NCBI GenBank assembly: GCA_011375345.1
Contig: DRLM01000017.1
Coordinates: 675-64,674, forward strand
From: Gammaproteobacteria bacterium
Lineage (GTDB): Bacteria > Pseudomonadota > Gammaproteobacteria > DRLM01
DNA: 64,000 nucleotides
Reading direction: 5' to 3'
The notes below the pieces were generated by a model that was not told the DNA's origin, made no database searches, and worked only from the letters and a program-made list of their open reading frames with translations. Positions 1 to 9,465 of the stretch are shown here, piece by piece (positions within the stretch are counted from its first letter, which is position 1; every line of letters begins with the position of its first letter). A program made the translations under genes and the position numbers.

Positions 1-2146
1 TCTACTTCCACCAGGAAGGTCAGGGTGCTGTAGCGGCCATCGCGCTCGTCCATGTTAACGTTGTCGATGTTGGCGCCCATTTCAGCGATGGCGGCAGCCA
101 CGGTGGCCAGGGCGCCCCGCTGGTTGGCCACCTCCACCCGGATTTCCACCGGGAACTCGCCTTTGATTTCGCTCTCCCAGTCCACGTCGATCCATTTTTC
201 CGGACGGTCGCGGTATTCGCTGAGGTTTTTGCAGTTGACGCCGTGGATGACCAGGCCTCTGCCGGCGCTGATAAAACCGACGATGGGATCGCCGGGAATG
301 GGACGGCAGCAGCGGGCAAAGTTGACCACCATGCCTTCGGTGCCTTTGATGACCAGCGGCTGCCTGCTGGATCCGTCTTTTCCACCGCCGCGCAGCCAGG
401 CGGGCACGTAGCGGGTCAAGGCTTTTTTGAAACCACCTGGGGTTCGGTCCGGATCCACGCTGGCCAGGCGCCGCGCCACCAAGGTGGCCATGCGGTTGCC
501 CAGGCCGATTTGTTCCAGCAACTGGTTGAGGTCGCTGAGTTTCAGCTCTTCCAGCAACGCCAAAATGCGTTCGGCGGGCACGCGCTCCAGGCTGGAAGAA
601 TGTGCGGCCAAAGCGCGCTCCAACAGGCGACGGCCCAGGTTTACCGCCTCGTCGTGCTTCATGTTTTTCAAATAGTGACGGATATTGGCCCGTGCTTTGC
701 CGGTCATTACAAAGCTCAGCCAGGCGGGATTGGGTTTGGATCCCGGCGCGGTGATGATTTCCACCGTCTGACCATTGGCCAAGGCGGTGCGCAGGGGTGC
801 CAGGTAACGGTCGATTTTCACCGCCACGCAGGTGTTGCCGATATCGGTGTGCACGGCGTAGGCGAAATCCACCGCCGTGGCGCCCCGCGGCAGTTTCATG
901 ATTTCCCCTTTGGGCGTAAACACATAAACCTCGTCCGGGAACAGGTCTATTTTAACGTTTTCCAGAAATTCCAATGAGTTGCCAGCGCTTTTTTGCATTT
1001 CCAGCAAACCCCGCAACCACTCGCGGGCGCGCACCGAGGCGCTGGGGCCGCCTTCCTCCCCGGATTTGTAGAGCCAGTGGGCGGCAATGCCCGCTTCCGC
1101 CACCCGGTCCATTTCCTCGGTGCGAATCTGTACTTCGATGGGCATGCCGCCGTAGGGGCCAAACAAGACCGTGTGCAGGGACTGATAGCCGTTGGCTTTG
1201 GGAATGGCGATGTAGTCTTTGAACCGGCCGGGTACGGGCTTGTAGAGGTTGTGCACCGCCCCCAGCACCCGGTAGCAGCTGTCCACCTTGTCCACCACGA
1301 TGCGGAAGGCGTAGACGTCGAACACGTCGTTAAAGGACAGGCCCTTCTGCTTCATCTTGCAGTATATGCTGTAGAGGTGCTTTTCCCGCCCCATGACGCG
1401 GCTGGGCAGCGCCTCGTCGTACAGGCGCTGTTCGATGGCCCCCTGGATTTTGTTCAGCACTTCCTTGCGGTTGCCGCGCGCTTTTTTGACAGCGGCGGAC
1501 AGAATCTTGTGGCGCCCGGGGTAGAGGCCGGCGAAACCCAGGTCTTCCAGCTCGGCACGTACCGTGTTCATGCCCAGCCGGTTGGCGATGGGCACGTAGA
1601 TGTCCAGGGTTTCGCGGGAAATGCGCCGCCGCCGGGGAGGGTCAAGTACCTGACAGGTGCGCATATTGTGGAGACGGTCCGCCAGCTTCACCAGAATCAC
1701 GCGGATGTCGCGCACCATGGCCAGCATCATTTTGCGGAAATTTTCCGCCTGGGCTTCGGCTTTGCTGGAGAATTTGATCTGGGTGAGTTTGCTGACCCCG
1801 TCCACCAGTTCGGCCACTTCGCCGCCAAACTCGGCGGCCAGCTGGTCCTTGCCGGTGGCGGTGTCTTCGATCACATCGTGGAGCACCGCCGCCATGATGC
1901 TGTGGTGGTCCATGCGCATGTCAGCCAGAATGCGGGCCACCGCCAGGGGATGGTGAAAGTAGGGTTCGCCGGAGACGCGGCGCTGACCCTGGTGGGCAAG
2001 AGCGCCAAACTCACAGGCGTGCTCCACCTCGCCCACCTGCTCGGGGCTGAGGTAGCCGTAAAGTTCGGCGCAAAGGTCGGAGATCAGCGCGCGGGTGGCG
2101 TCATTGTCGGGCGCGGTGGGTAAGACGGCAAGGTCTGAGGCGTTCA
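1..2146 (-). CDS. spoT: Bifunctional (p)ppGpp synthetase/hydrolase SpoT/RelA family, 3'-truncated by window edge (C-terminus lies beyond position 1)
   Basis: Minus-strand translation from ~2146 gives LLNASDLAV...LSPEQVGEVEHA...GEPYFHHPLAVARILADMRMDHHSIMAAVLHDVIEDT, matching the SpoT N-terminal HD domain. Position downstream of gmk-rpoZ matches the gamma-proteobacterial spoT locus. Not in the ORF track because it has no in-window stop. Start codon uncertain: TTG at 2146 is the nearest in-frame candidate. Confidence 0.85.
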
Positions 2147-2169
2147 AAAGGGTATCCGCCGCGACATGA

Positions 2170-2487
2170 TTACTCTTCGGCAGCCGTTCCCGCTGCTTTG
2201 CCTTCTTCTGCAACGATGGCGGCCTCTTCCATCATTTCCATCGCCGCTGCGGCTTCTTCTTCCGGGCTGGGGGGGGTGCCGGGCTCCACCTGGTCGAGCA
2301 CCGATTCGTCGATGGTCCCCGCTGCGATTTCCCGCAACGCGATGACGGTGGGTTTGTCATTTTCCCTCGGCACGGTGGGCTCTTCGCCGCTGCGCTCCAG
2401 ATAACGGGCACGGCGCGACGCCACCAGCACGAGTTGAAAACGGTTATCGATTTTGTTGAGGCAGTCTTCGACGGTTACGCGCGCCAT
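2170..2487 (-). CDS. rpoZ: DNA-directed RNA polymerase subunit omega
   Basis: The 105-aa product begins [57 protein letters not shown] and has an acidic tail. This is a classic RpoZ N-terminus. The internal ATG at 2487 of ORF 2170..2574 was chosen as start. Confidence 0.9.
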   Translation of the reverse strand: MARVTVEDCLNKIDNRFQLVLVASRRARYLERSGEEPTVPRENDKPTVIALREIAAGTIDESVLDQVEPGTPPSPEEEAAAAMEMMEEAAIVAEEGKAAGTAAEE

Positions 2488-2570
2488 GATGCAGTGCTCC
2501 TGGAGTAAAGAAAAAGACCAGAGGAAAAGTATACTACCGACAGGCGGCCGGGCGGAATGCCAGACAACGC

Positions 2571-3191
2571 TCAATCGCGTTGAGTCAGGCCCGCCAGCAG
2601 TTCCCGCAAGTGGACGATCTGCCGGTGGGCGGCCAGGCGGCCGCTGCGGACAATGGCCCGCAAGTCCGCCACGGCGGTGTCAAAATCGTCGTTGACCACC
2701 AGATAATCGTATTCGCCGTAGTGGGACATCTCGGTCACCGCCCCGGCCAGGCGGCGCTGAATCACCGCCTCGCTGTCCTGGGCGCGGGAACGCAGGCGTT
2801 GTTCCAACGCCGTACGGGAAGGGGGCAGAATGAAAATGCTCACCACCCCGGGGAAAGCCGCCCGCACCTGTTGAGCGCCCTGCCAGTCGATTTCCAGCAC
2901 CACGTCACGGCCTTGCTCCAACTGCCGCAGTACTGCGGCACGGGAGGTGCCATAGTAGTTGTCGAACACCCGGGCGTATTCCAGGAATGCCCCCTCGGCG
3001 ATCATCGCCTCAAAGCGGGCATGATCGACGAAATAATAGTGTGTCCCGCTGCGCTCGCCGGGACGCGGTGCCCGGGTGGTGTGGGACACGGACAAGACCA
3101 GCTCCGGCGTGTCCGCCAGCACTCGCGCCAACAGCGACGTTTTGCCTGCCCCGGACGGCGCGGAGACGATGTAGAGCGTGCCTTGGCTCAT
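2571..3191 (-). CDS. gmk: Guanylate kinase
   Basis: [21 protein letters not shown] (P-loop)...[10 protein letters not shown]...YYF. Sits in the gmk-rpoZ-spoT order. The ATG at 3191 is preferred over the TTG at 3206, which would overlap the yicC stop. Confidence 0.9.
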   Translation of the reverse strand: MSQGTLYIVSAPSGAGKTSLLARVLADTPELVLSVSHTTRAPRPGERSGTHYYFVDHARFEAMIAEGAFLEYARVFDNYYGTSRAAVLRQLEQGRDVVLEIDWQGAQQVRAAFPGVVSIFILPPSRTALEQRLRSRAQDSEAVIQRRLAGAVTEMSHYGEYDYLVVNDDFDTAVADLRAIVRSGRLAAHRQIVHLRELLAGLTQRD

Positions 3192-3198
3192 CGCTGCA

Positions 3199-4065
3199 TC
3201 ACTCAATGTTTTGAACCTGTTCCCGCATTTGCTCGATCAGCACTTTCATGTCAACCGCGCTGCGGGTGGTGTCCACGTCGGCTGATTTGGACGCCAGGGT
3301 GTTGGCCTCGCGGTTCAGTTCCTGCATCAAAAAATCCAGACGCCGGCCCGCGGCGCCACCTTCGGCCAGCACCCGCCGGACTTCGTCGATGTGGGCGGCA
3401 AGGCGGTCCATCTCTTCTGCCACGTCCACGCGTTGGGCGATCAGGGCGAGCTCCTGTTCGAGGCGGCCGGGATCGGCCTGTTCGGTCAGTTCGGCCAGGC
3501 GGCTTAAAAGCTTTTCCCGCACCCGCGCCGCCACCTCGGGCAGGCGCCGTTTCACCTTCGCCACCTCAGCCACCAAGGACACGCAGCGTTGTTCCACCAT
3601 CTCGCGCAGTGCGGCCCCCTCCCGTTCCCGCGCCGCCACAAGCCGGGCGAGCACAACATCGAAGGCGTCGAGAATCTCCCGGGCCAGCGCCTCCTGATCG
3701 GGTCTGGCGGACTCCATCACGCCCGGCCAGCGCAGCACATCCAGGGGGTTAACCGGCGCGGCCTGCCCGGCGCGTGCCGCCACCTCTTCGGCGGCGGCCA
3801 GCAGCTCGCCCACCAGTTGCGCATTGACAGAAAACGAGTCGGCCGTCCCGGCAGCAGCTTGAAATTTCAGGGTGCATTCCACTTTTCCGCGGGCCAGTTT
3901 GGCGCCGGCGCGCGCGCGCAGTTGAGCTTCAATAAAACGGAAGTCTTCGGGCAGGCGCAAAGACACGTCCAGATAGCGGTGATTCACGGAGCGCAGCTCC
4001 CAGATGATGGCACCGAAAGAGGTGTCTTTCTCCTCCCGCGCGAAGGCGGTCATGCTGCGGATCAT
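3199..4065 (-). CDS. yicC: YicC-family stress-induced protein (DUF1732/YicC N- and C-terminal regions)
   Basis: [40 protein letters not shown]... and a C-terminal coiled coil, typical of YicC. Lies adjacent to gmk as in many gammaproteobacteria. Confidence 0.85.
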   Translation of the reverse strand: MIRSMTAFAREEKDTSFGAIIWELRSVNHRYLDVSLRLPEDFRFIEAQLRARAGAKLARGKVECTLKFQAAAGTADSFSVNAQLVGELLAAAEEVAARAGQAAPVNPLDVLRWPGVMESARPDQEALAREILDAFDVVLARLVAAREREGAALREMVEQRCVSLVAEVAKVKRRLPEVAARVREKLLSRLAELTEQADPGRLEQELALIAQRVDVAEEMDRLAAHIDEVRRVLAEGGAAGRRLDFLMQELNREANTLASKSADVDTTRSAVDMKVLIEQMREQVQNIE

Positions 4066-4091
4066 GCTGGTGGGGTGCCCCTGCCGGCCCG

Positions 4092-4274
4092 TTACGAGGT
4101 AAGTTGTTTTTGCTTTTCCGCCACTTCCACAAATGTTTCTATGCGCACCAGGCGGCGGTCGATCTGGCGCACATCGTCATCCAGGCGTTCGATGCGCTGC
4201 GCCAGGGCCAGCACCCGCTCGTTGAGCACAATGCCGGATTGCAGGGCTTTGAGCAGTTTTTCACTCAGCGCCAT
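4092..4274 (-). CDS. Small coiled-coil protein (61 aa), function unknown. Overlaps the 3' end of the upstream RHH-like gene by 14 nt
   Basis: ATG at 4274. Product is [62 protein letters not shown]3-rich codon usage. Start lies inside the stop region of the upstream ORF (ATGGCGCTGAGTGA), suggesting translational coupling. Confidence 0.4.
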   Translation of the reverse strand: MALSEKLLKALQSGIVLNERVLALAQRIERLDDDVRQIDRRLVRIETFVEVAEKQKQLTS

Positions 4275-4575
4275 GACGGTGCTTTTCCAGTTCGCGGTGG
4301 GTGGTGTCCAGCTTTTGCTCCAGTTTGTCCAGGTAGTCGCCGGTCTCGCGGATGGATTGCAGCAGCGCGTCCGCCAGGGCTTCCAGCGTGCTGTCATTCT
4401 CCGCCTGCTTGCCGGGATCGTAATCCCACAGAGCCCGCCGCACAATTTCCGCGAAGGAAACTTTGGCCTCTTGGGCCAGGCGCTCGGTTTTGCGAATGAG
4501 ATCAGGCGGCATCAAGACAGGCTTGCGCTCCATCCGTTCATCCAGCGCGGCGATTTTTTCGGCCTGGATCTTCAT
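4261..4575 (-). CDS. Ribbon-helix-helix (CopG/Arc/MetJ-like) domain protein, 104 aa, with C-terminal coiled coil
   Basis: Internal ATG at 4575 of ORF 4261..4818. Sequence [53 protein letters not shown] has the beta-strand ([12 protein letters not shown]) and helix pattern of an RHH DNA-binding fold. AGGGTG lies 6 nt upstream. Divergent from rph. Confidence 0.45.
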   Translation of the reverse strand: MKIQAEKIAALDERMERKPVLMPPDLIRKTERLAQEAKVSFAEIVRRALWDYDPGKQAENDSTLEALADALLQSIRETGDYLDKLEQKLDTTHRELEKHRHGAE

Positions 4576-4749
4576 GCTGACACCCTGCGTAAATTGACAC
4601 CCGCCTTTATAGCACATGTGCCGCACATGCACAACAATCCCAAGGTGAGGCAAAAAGGCTATAATCCACGCAGTTTTTGGCCCGGCGGCCGGTCTCGCCG
4701 CAACCGCCGAAGCCAATATTATTCCAATTATTACAAAAGGATAACGCCT

Positions 4750-5466
4750 ATGCGCCCCAGCGGCCGCCAGCCTGACGAGCTTCGTGACATCTCCCTCGAC
4801 CGCCACTACACCAAACACGCCGAAGGCTCGGTGCTGGTGGAGTTCGGCGACACCCGTGTGCTATGCAACGCCACGGTGGACGAGCGCGTGCCGCGCTGGC
4901 TGAAGGGCTCGGGCAAGGGCTGGGTCACGGCGGAATACGGCATGCTGCCGCGTTCCACCGGCGAGCGCATGACGCGGGAGGCGGCCCAGGGCCGCCAGGG
5001 CGGGCGCACCCAGGAAATCCAGCGCTTGATCGGCCGTTCCCTGCGCGCTGTGGTGGATCTCGCCGCCCTGGGCGAGCGCATGGTGACGGTGGACTGCGAC
5101 GTGATTCAGGCAGACGGCGGCACCCGCACGGCCTCCATTACCGGCGGCTTCGTTGCCCTGGCTGACGCGGTGCAGCACCTGCTGCGCCACGGCACGCTGA
5201 AAAAAAACCCCATCTACGGCGCGGTTGCTTCGGTTTCCGTGGGCATCTACAAAGGCGTGCCCGTGCTGGACCTGGACTACGCCGAGGATTCCAACGCCGA
5301 AACGGACATGAATGTGGTGATGAACGACGCCGGGGCTTTCGTTGAAATCCAGGGTACCGCCGAGGGTCACGCCTTCCGCATGGACGAACTCAACGCTATG
5401 CTGGAACTGGCCCGCGGCGGCATCACCGAACTCATTGAAAAGCAGCGGGCGGCCTTGGCGGAGTGA
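4750..5466 (+). CDS. rph: Ribonuclease PH
   Basis: [43 protein letters not shown]...TGERMTREA...[18 protein letters not shown] is canonical RNase PH. The ATG at 4750 follows a TATAAT-like box at ~4657. Confidence 0.92.
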   Translation: MRPSGRQPDELRDISLDRHYTKHAEGSVLVEFGDTRVLCNATVDERVPRWLKGSGKGWVTAEYGMLPRSTGERMTREAAQGRQGGRTQEIQRLIGRSLRAVVDLAALGERMVTVDCDVIQADGGTRTASITGGFVALADAVQHLLRHGTLKKNPIYGAVASVSVGIYKGVPVLDLDYAEDSNAETDMNVVMNDAGAFVEIQGTAEGHAFRMDELNAMLELARGGITELIEKQRAALAE

Positions 5467-5647
5467 GTGTTGATCTGAGGACAAGGCAGGGAGTTGTTTG
5501 GGCAGAGGCATACTCTGCGCCCTCACTTGCAATGGCGGCCGGGCGGCGCGCCCCCTTGCGACGGTCACGGCGGGAATCAGAATGCCGGAGCGCTGCAAAA
5601 ATTTATTGAATTCCGGCCGAACTTTTTCGGCAGACTATACTCTTATC

Positions 5648-5790
5648 CGATGAGTGCGGATTTTAGCTTTCTGGCCCGTGCTCATCCCGCTCTCCTCCCT
5701 GAGCGGGAACCCCTCTAAGCCTGGCTTCCCCAAGCCGGGTCTGTCCAGGCCCCGGTCTCTCCTCCCTCTTAATGACCGGGGCCTTTTTTC
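5648..5790 (+). ncRNA. Candidate small RNA or structured 3' region ending in an intrinsic terminator (family unknown)
   Basis: A TATACT -10-like hexamer sits at 5636..5641. Downstream are about 140 nt containing hairpins (CCCGCTCTCCTCCCTGAGCGGG) and a strong terminator. No credible ORF (only low-complexity 67-74 aa frames). Confidence 0.25.
5748..5789 (+). terminator. Rho-independent terminator
   Basis: The stem GGCCCCGGTC/GACCGGGGCC, with a 16-nt loop, is followed by TTTTTT (5784..5789). Confidence 0.7.
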
Positions 5791-5861
5791 GCGCCTGTGC
5801 CTCTCCCGTACACTGCTGATCCGCCCGGGCATGGCGTCAGAATCAGGGGCAGCCTGAACAG

Positions 5862-6497
5862 TTACGCTCCCTGACAGCCGAACCAATTGTCCAACCGCGC
5901 GTGCAAGTCTTCCACGCCGGTGCGTTTCAGGGCCGAGAAGATTTGCACTGTGTTGGGCAGGTCTTGTTTCTTAAGTTGGGCCTGGATCTGGTGAAGGCTG
6001 GCCTGGGCGCGGCTGCGGCTGAGTTTGTCGGCTTTGGTGAGCAGGATGTGCACCGCCAGTGCGCGTTCGCGGGACCAGGCCAGCATGTGTTGGTCGAACT
6101 CGGTGAGGGGGTGGCGGATGTCCATCACCAACACCACCCCCCGCAGGCTGCGGCGCTGGTGAAAATAACTTTCCATCAGACGCCCCCAGGCCGCCTTGAC
6201 GGCGGCGGGGACTTGGGCGAATCCGTAGCCGGGCAGGTCCGCGAAACGTCGTCCGGCGTCAATTTGGAAGAAATTGATTTCCCGCGTGCGCCCCGGTGTT
6301 TTGCTCACCCGCGCCAGGGCGCGGCGGCCGCTGAGGGCGTTGAGCACGCTGGATTTGCCGGCGTTGGAGCGGCCGGCGAAAGCCACTTCCATGCCTTCAT
6401 CAGGCGGAAACTGCCACGGCGCGGCCGCGCCCAGGAGAAAGGCCGCCCGCTGGTAGGCAGGATTGAGGCGCGGCGCAGCCGCGGTGGAGGCGGCCAA
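5862..6497 (-). CDS. engB: Ribosome biogenesis GTP-binding protein EngB/YihA
   Basis: AYQRAAFLLGAAAPWQFPPDEGMEVAFAGRSNAGKSSVLNAL...DLPGYGFA...TKADKL closely matches E. coli YihA. The TTG start at 6497 gives about 212 aa, similar to E. coli (210 aa), and avoids a 53-nt overlap with the downstream gene. The ORF-track start is ATG 6554. Confidence 0.8.
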   Translation of the reverse strand: MAASTAAAPRLNPAYQRAAFLLGAAAPWQFPPDEGMEVAFAGRSNAGKSSVLNALSGRRALARVSKTPGRTREINFFQIDAGRRFADLPGYGFAQVPAAVKAAWGRLMESYFHQRRSLRGVVLVMDIRHPLTEFDQHMLAWSRERALAVHILLTKADKLSRSRAQASLHQIQAQLKKQDLPNTVQIFSALKRTGVEDLHARLDNWFGCQGA

Positions 6498-6501
6498 GGC
6501 G

Positions 6502-7101
6502 CTATTTCTTGCCGGGGCCGTAAATGTAGCGCGCCAGGGTGGCTTCCTGCTCACTGACCTGGCGCACCAGATGATCCAGGCTGACGATGGCGTGTTCGAG
6601 CAGGTTCACGGCGATGTAGGGGTGCTCAACCCGCAGGCGCTTGTACATGGCGCGGGTGAGTTTCAGCAACCGGGTGGCGTTGCTCCGGGCACGCATGCGC
6701 AGTGAGCGGGGGCGGCGGTCAAAAAAGGACATCTCGCCCATCAGCTCACCCTGGTCCATGTGACCCACCTCGATCTCGCGACCGTTGTCATCGTGGTACA
6801 GGGTCGCTGCACCGCTGACCACGAAAAACAGCGCCTCCCCCACTTCGCCGATATCGGCAATGATCTCGTCCTTGCCGAATTCCACCACTTCGGTGTACTC
6901 CAGCAAGGTTTCCACTTCTTTGACGGTGAGAGACTCACACAAATACTGTTGGCTCAGAAACTGAACCAGCTTGGCTTTTTGTTCTTCGGTGGTCACGGGG
7001 ACACTCCTTGCATTGGGAATCACGGCCGGCGGGTGTTGCGCTGGGCGCGGGACTTGCATAGGCTTAGTGAAAACAGAACCATTGGCCCGCCGGCACGTCA
7101 T
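6502..7101 (-). CDS. Cyclic-nucleotide-binding (cNMP/CAP effector) domain protein
   Basis: FGKDEIIADIGEVGEALFFVVSGAATLYHDDNGREIEVGHMDQGELMGEMSFFDRRPRSLRMRA is a cNMP-binding beta-roll with the G-E-x-(A/G) and RxA phosphate-binding motifs. No DNA-binding HTH is apparent. The start may be ATG 7059 (MQVPRPAQ...). Confidence 0.7.
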   Translation of the reverse strand: MTCRRANGSVFTKPMQVPRPAQHPPAVIPNARSVPVTTEEQKAKLVQFLSQQYLCESLTVKEVETLLEYTEVVEFGKDEIIADIGEVGEALFFVVSGAATLYHDDNGREIEVGHMDQGELMGEMSFFDRRPRSLRMRARSNATRLLKLTRAMYKRLRVEHPYIAVNLLEHAIVSLDHLVRQVSEQEATLARYIYGPGKK

Positions 7102-7182
7102 TATCCTTGTTTACCGGAGCGGAGCAAGTGCCCGCCGCGGCTCCTGCAACTTTCAAGCAAAGCAATGTGAAAGAGGAGATTT

Positions 7183-7821
7183 ATGAAAAGCTTCGCGCGT
7201 TGGTGTTTCCTACTGTGTCTGCTTCCCCTGGCGGCAACAGCCGCGCCCTTGCTGGAAGGCCGCGACTATCAGCGGATCATCCCGGCCCAGCCTACCGACA
7301 GCCCCCCCGGCAAGGTGGAAGTGGTGGAGCTGTTCTGGTACGGCTGTCCCCATTGCCATCGCTTCCAGCCGTACATGGAGCGCTGGGTGAAAAGGCAGGG
7401 CGGCAAAATCAGCTACCGGCGCATGCCCGCCATTTTGGCGCCCCACTGGGCCATCCACGCCCGTGCTTATTATACGGCCCAGGCCCTGGGCGCGCTGGAG
7501 CAAACCCACCGGGCCCTGTTCGATGCCATTCATATCCACAAGCGGCGCCTGGACACTGAGGAGCGTCTGGCCGGTTTTTACGCGGAACACGGGGTGGACA
7601 AGGAAGAGTTCAAGAAGGTGTTTCATTCCTTCACCGTGGAGACCCAGTTCCGGCGCGCCCAGGAAATGAGCCGCCGCTACCAGGTTCACGCCACCCCCTC
7701 GGTGGTCATCAACGGCAAATACATCCTCAACAGCGAGGTTCCCGGCGGCTTCAACGGCATGCTGCGGATCATGGACAAGCTGGTCAAAGAAGAACTCAAT
7801 GCCCGGGCGGGCGGCGCTTAG
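7183..7821 (+). CDS. dsbA: Thiol:disulfide interchange protein DsbA (periplasmic, CPHC active site)
   Basis: Signal peptide MKSFARWCFLLCLLPLAATAAP, then ...VELFWYGCPHCHRFQP...HATPSVVINGKY. A GAGGAG RBS precedes the ATG. Confidence 0.9.
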   Translation: MKSFARWCFLLCLLPLAATAAPLLEGRDYQRIIPAQPTDSPPGKVEVVELFWYGCPHCHRFQPYMERWVKRQGGKISYRRMPAILAPHWAIHARAYYTAQALGALEQTHRALFDAIHIHKRRLDTEERLAGFYAEHGVDKEEFKKVFHSFTVETQFRRAQEMSRRYQVHATPSVVINGKYILNSEVPGGFNGMLRIMDKLVKEELNARAGGA

Positions 7822-7833
7822 AAGCCCGCCACT

Positions 7834-9465
7834 GTGAACGCCGCCCAGCTGTTTCTGCGCTGTCTCGAAGCAGAAGGGGTGCAATACCTGTTCGGCATCC
7901 CCGGCGAGGAAAATCTCGCCGTGATGGATGCCCTGCTGGACTCCCCCATCCGGTTCGTCACCACCCGCCACGAGCAGGGGGCGGCTTTTATGGCCGATGT
8001 CTACGGCCGGCTCACCGCCCGGGCGGGGGTGTGCCTGGCCACCCTGGGGCCGGGGGCCACCAATCTGGTCACCGGGGTGGCCGACGCCAATATGGATCAT
8101 GCCCCCCTGGTGGCCGTCGCCGGCCAGGCCGACACCAGCCGCTTGCACAAAGAGTCCCACCAGGTGCTGGATTTGACCGCCCTGTTTGCGCCCATCACCA
8201 AGTATTCCTCGCGCATTCTGGAAGCGGACGTGGTGCCAGAGGTGGTGCGCAAGGCCTTCAAGCTGGCCCAGACGGAAAAATCCGGCGCCTGTTTCATTGA
8301 GTTTCCCGAAAACATCGCCGGTTTCGAGACCCGCGCGAGCCCCCTCGCCCCCCGCCAAAGCACCCTGCCCGAACCGGCGGCGGAGCGGGTGGCCGCCGCC
8401 GCAGCGCTCATCAACGGGGCCCGCCATCCCATCATCCTGGCGGGCAACGGCGTGATCCGGGCCCGGGCCTGGAAGCAACTGGCCGAGTTTGCCGGCCGGC
8501 TTAACATTCCCGTGGCCAACACCTTCATGGCCAAGGGGGTGATCCCCTTCAGGCATCCCATGGCCCTGGGCAGCGTGGGTCTGCAGGCTCACGATTATGT
8601 GAATGTGGGCTTCGACCGGGCCGATGTGATCTTGTGCGTGGGCTACGACCTGGTGGAGTACCATCCCCGCTTGTGGCACCCCACCCGGGACCGTCACCTC
8701 ATCCACATCGACGCCACCCCGGCCGAGGTGGATGCCTGCTACGAGGTGGACGTGGGCGTGGTGGGGGACATCGGTCACAGCCTGGCGCGCATCGCCGACT
8801 TGTGCGGGCCCAAGGACGGTCACACCCTGCGGCCCCTGCGCGAGGCCCTGGTACGGGACATGGACCAGCACAAGGACGACCGCCATTTTCCCATCAGGCC
8901 GCAAAAAATCATCTGGGATCTGCGCACCGCCATGGACCTGGAAGACATCGTGATCTGCGATGTGGGCGCCCACAAAATGTGGATGGCGCGCATGTTCCGC
9001 TGTGAACACCCCAACACCTGCCTCATTTCCAACGGCTTCGCCAGCATGGGCATTGCCCTGCCCGGCGCCATCGCCGCCAAACTGGCGCGGCCGGAGCGCA
9101 AAGTGGTGGCCGTGACCGGTGATGCCGGTTTTTTGATGAACGTGCAGGAGGTGGAAACCGCCGTGCGCCTGGGGCTGCCGCTGGTGGTGCTGGTGTGGAA
9201 CGATGGCGGCTACGGCCTGATCGAGTGGAAACAGATGACCACCTTCGGCCGGACGGGGTTTTGCCGCTTCGGCAACCCCGATTTCGTCAAGCTGGCCGGG
9301 GCCTTCGGCGCCCGGGGCTACCGGGTGGGCGAGGCCGGGGAGCTGTTGCCCCTCTTGAAAAAGGCCCTCGCGGACGACACAGTAAGCATTATCGACTGTC
9401 CCGTCGATTACACGGAAAATCTCAAACTGACCGCCAAACTTGGAGAGGCGATTTTTCAGCTATGA
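7834..9465 (+). CDS. Thiamine-pyrophosphate-dependent enzyme, acetolactate synthase large-subunit-like
   Basis: GVQYLFGIPGEENLAVMDAL...TLGPGATNLVTGVADANMDHAPLVAV has N-terminal pyrimidine-binding, central and C-terminal TPP (GDAGFLMNVQE...NDGGYG) domains. GTG start. The specific substrate cannot be inferred. Confidence 0.85.
   Translation: MNAAQLFLRCLEAEGVQYLFGIPGEENLAVMDALLDSPIRFVTTRHEQGAAFMADVYGRLTARAGVCLATLGPGATNLVTGVADANMDHAPLVAVAGQADTSRLHKESHQVLDLTALFAPITKYSSRILEADVVPEVVRKAFKLAQTEKSGACFIEFPENIAGFETRASPLAPRQSTLPEPAAERVAAAAALINGARHPIILAGNGVIRARAWKQLAEFAGRLNIPVANTFMAKGVIPFRHPMALGSVGLQAHDYVNVGFDRADVILCVGYDLVEYHPRLWHPTRDRHLIHIDATPAEVDACYEVDVGVVGDIGHSLARIADLCGPKDGHTLRPLREALVRDMDQHKDDRHFPIRPQKIIWDLRTAMDLEDIVICDVGAHKMWMARMFRCEHPNTCLISNGFASMGIALPGAIAAKLARPERKVVAVTGDAGFLMNVQEVETAVRLGLPLVVLVWNDGGYGLIEWKQMTTFGRTGFCRFGNPDFVKLAGAFGARGYRVGEAGELLPLLKKALADDTVSIIDCPVDYTENLKLTAKLGEAIFQL

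Noticed and set aside
243-5466. Long plus-strand ORFs (243..977, 993..2123, 2580..3752, 3589..5466 N-terminal part) overlapping spoT/gmk/yicC
   Set aside because: Their translations are Ala/Gly/Arg/His-rich low-complexity sequences typical of the antisense frame of high-GC genes. The opposite strand encodes unmistakable SpoT, Gmk and YicC. Only the 3' 717 nt of 3589..5466 (RNase PH) is real.
6498-6554. ATG 6554 as engB start
   Set aside because: It would overlap the upstream cNMP-binding gene by 53 nt and add ~19 residues not present in YihA/EngB homologues. TTG 6497 gives a protein of the expected length. This remains uncertain.
7210-9009. 599-aa minus-strand ORF spanning dsbA and the ALS-like gene
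   Set aside because: Antisense artefact: low-complexity G/A/V/H-rich product, whereas the plus strand encodes clear DsbA and TPP-enzyme sequences.
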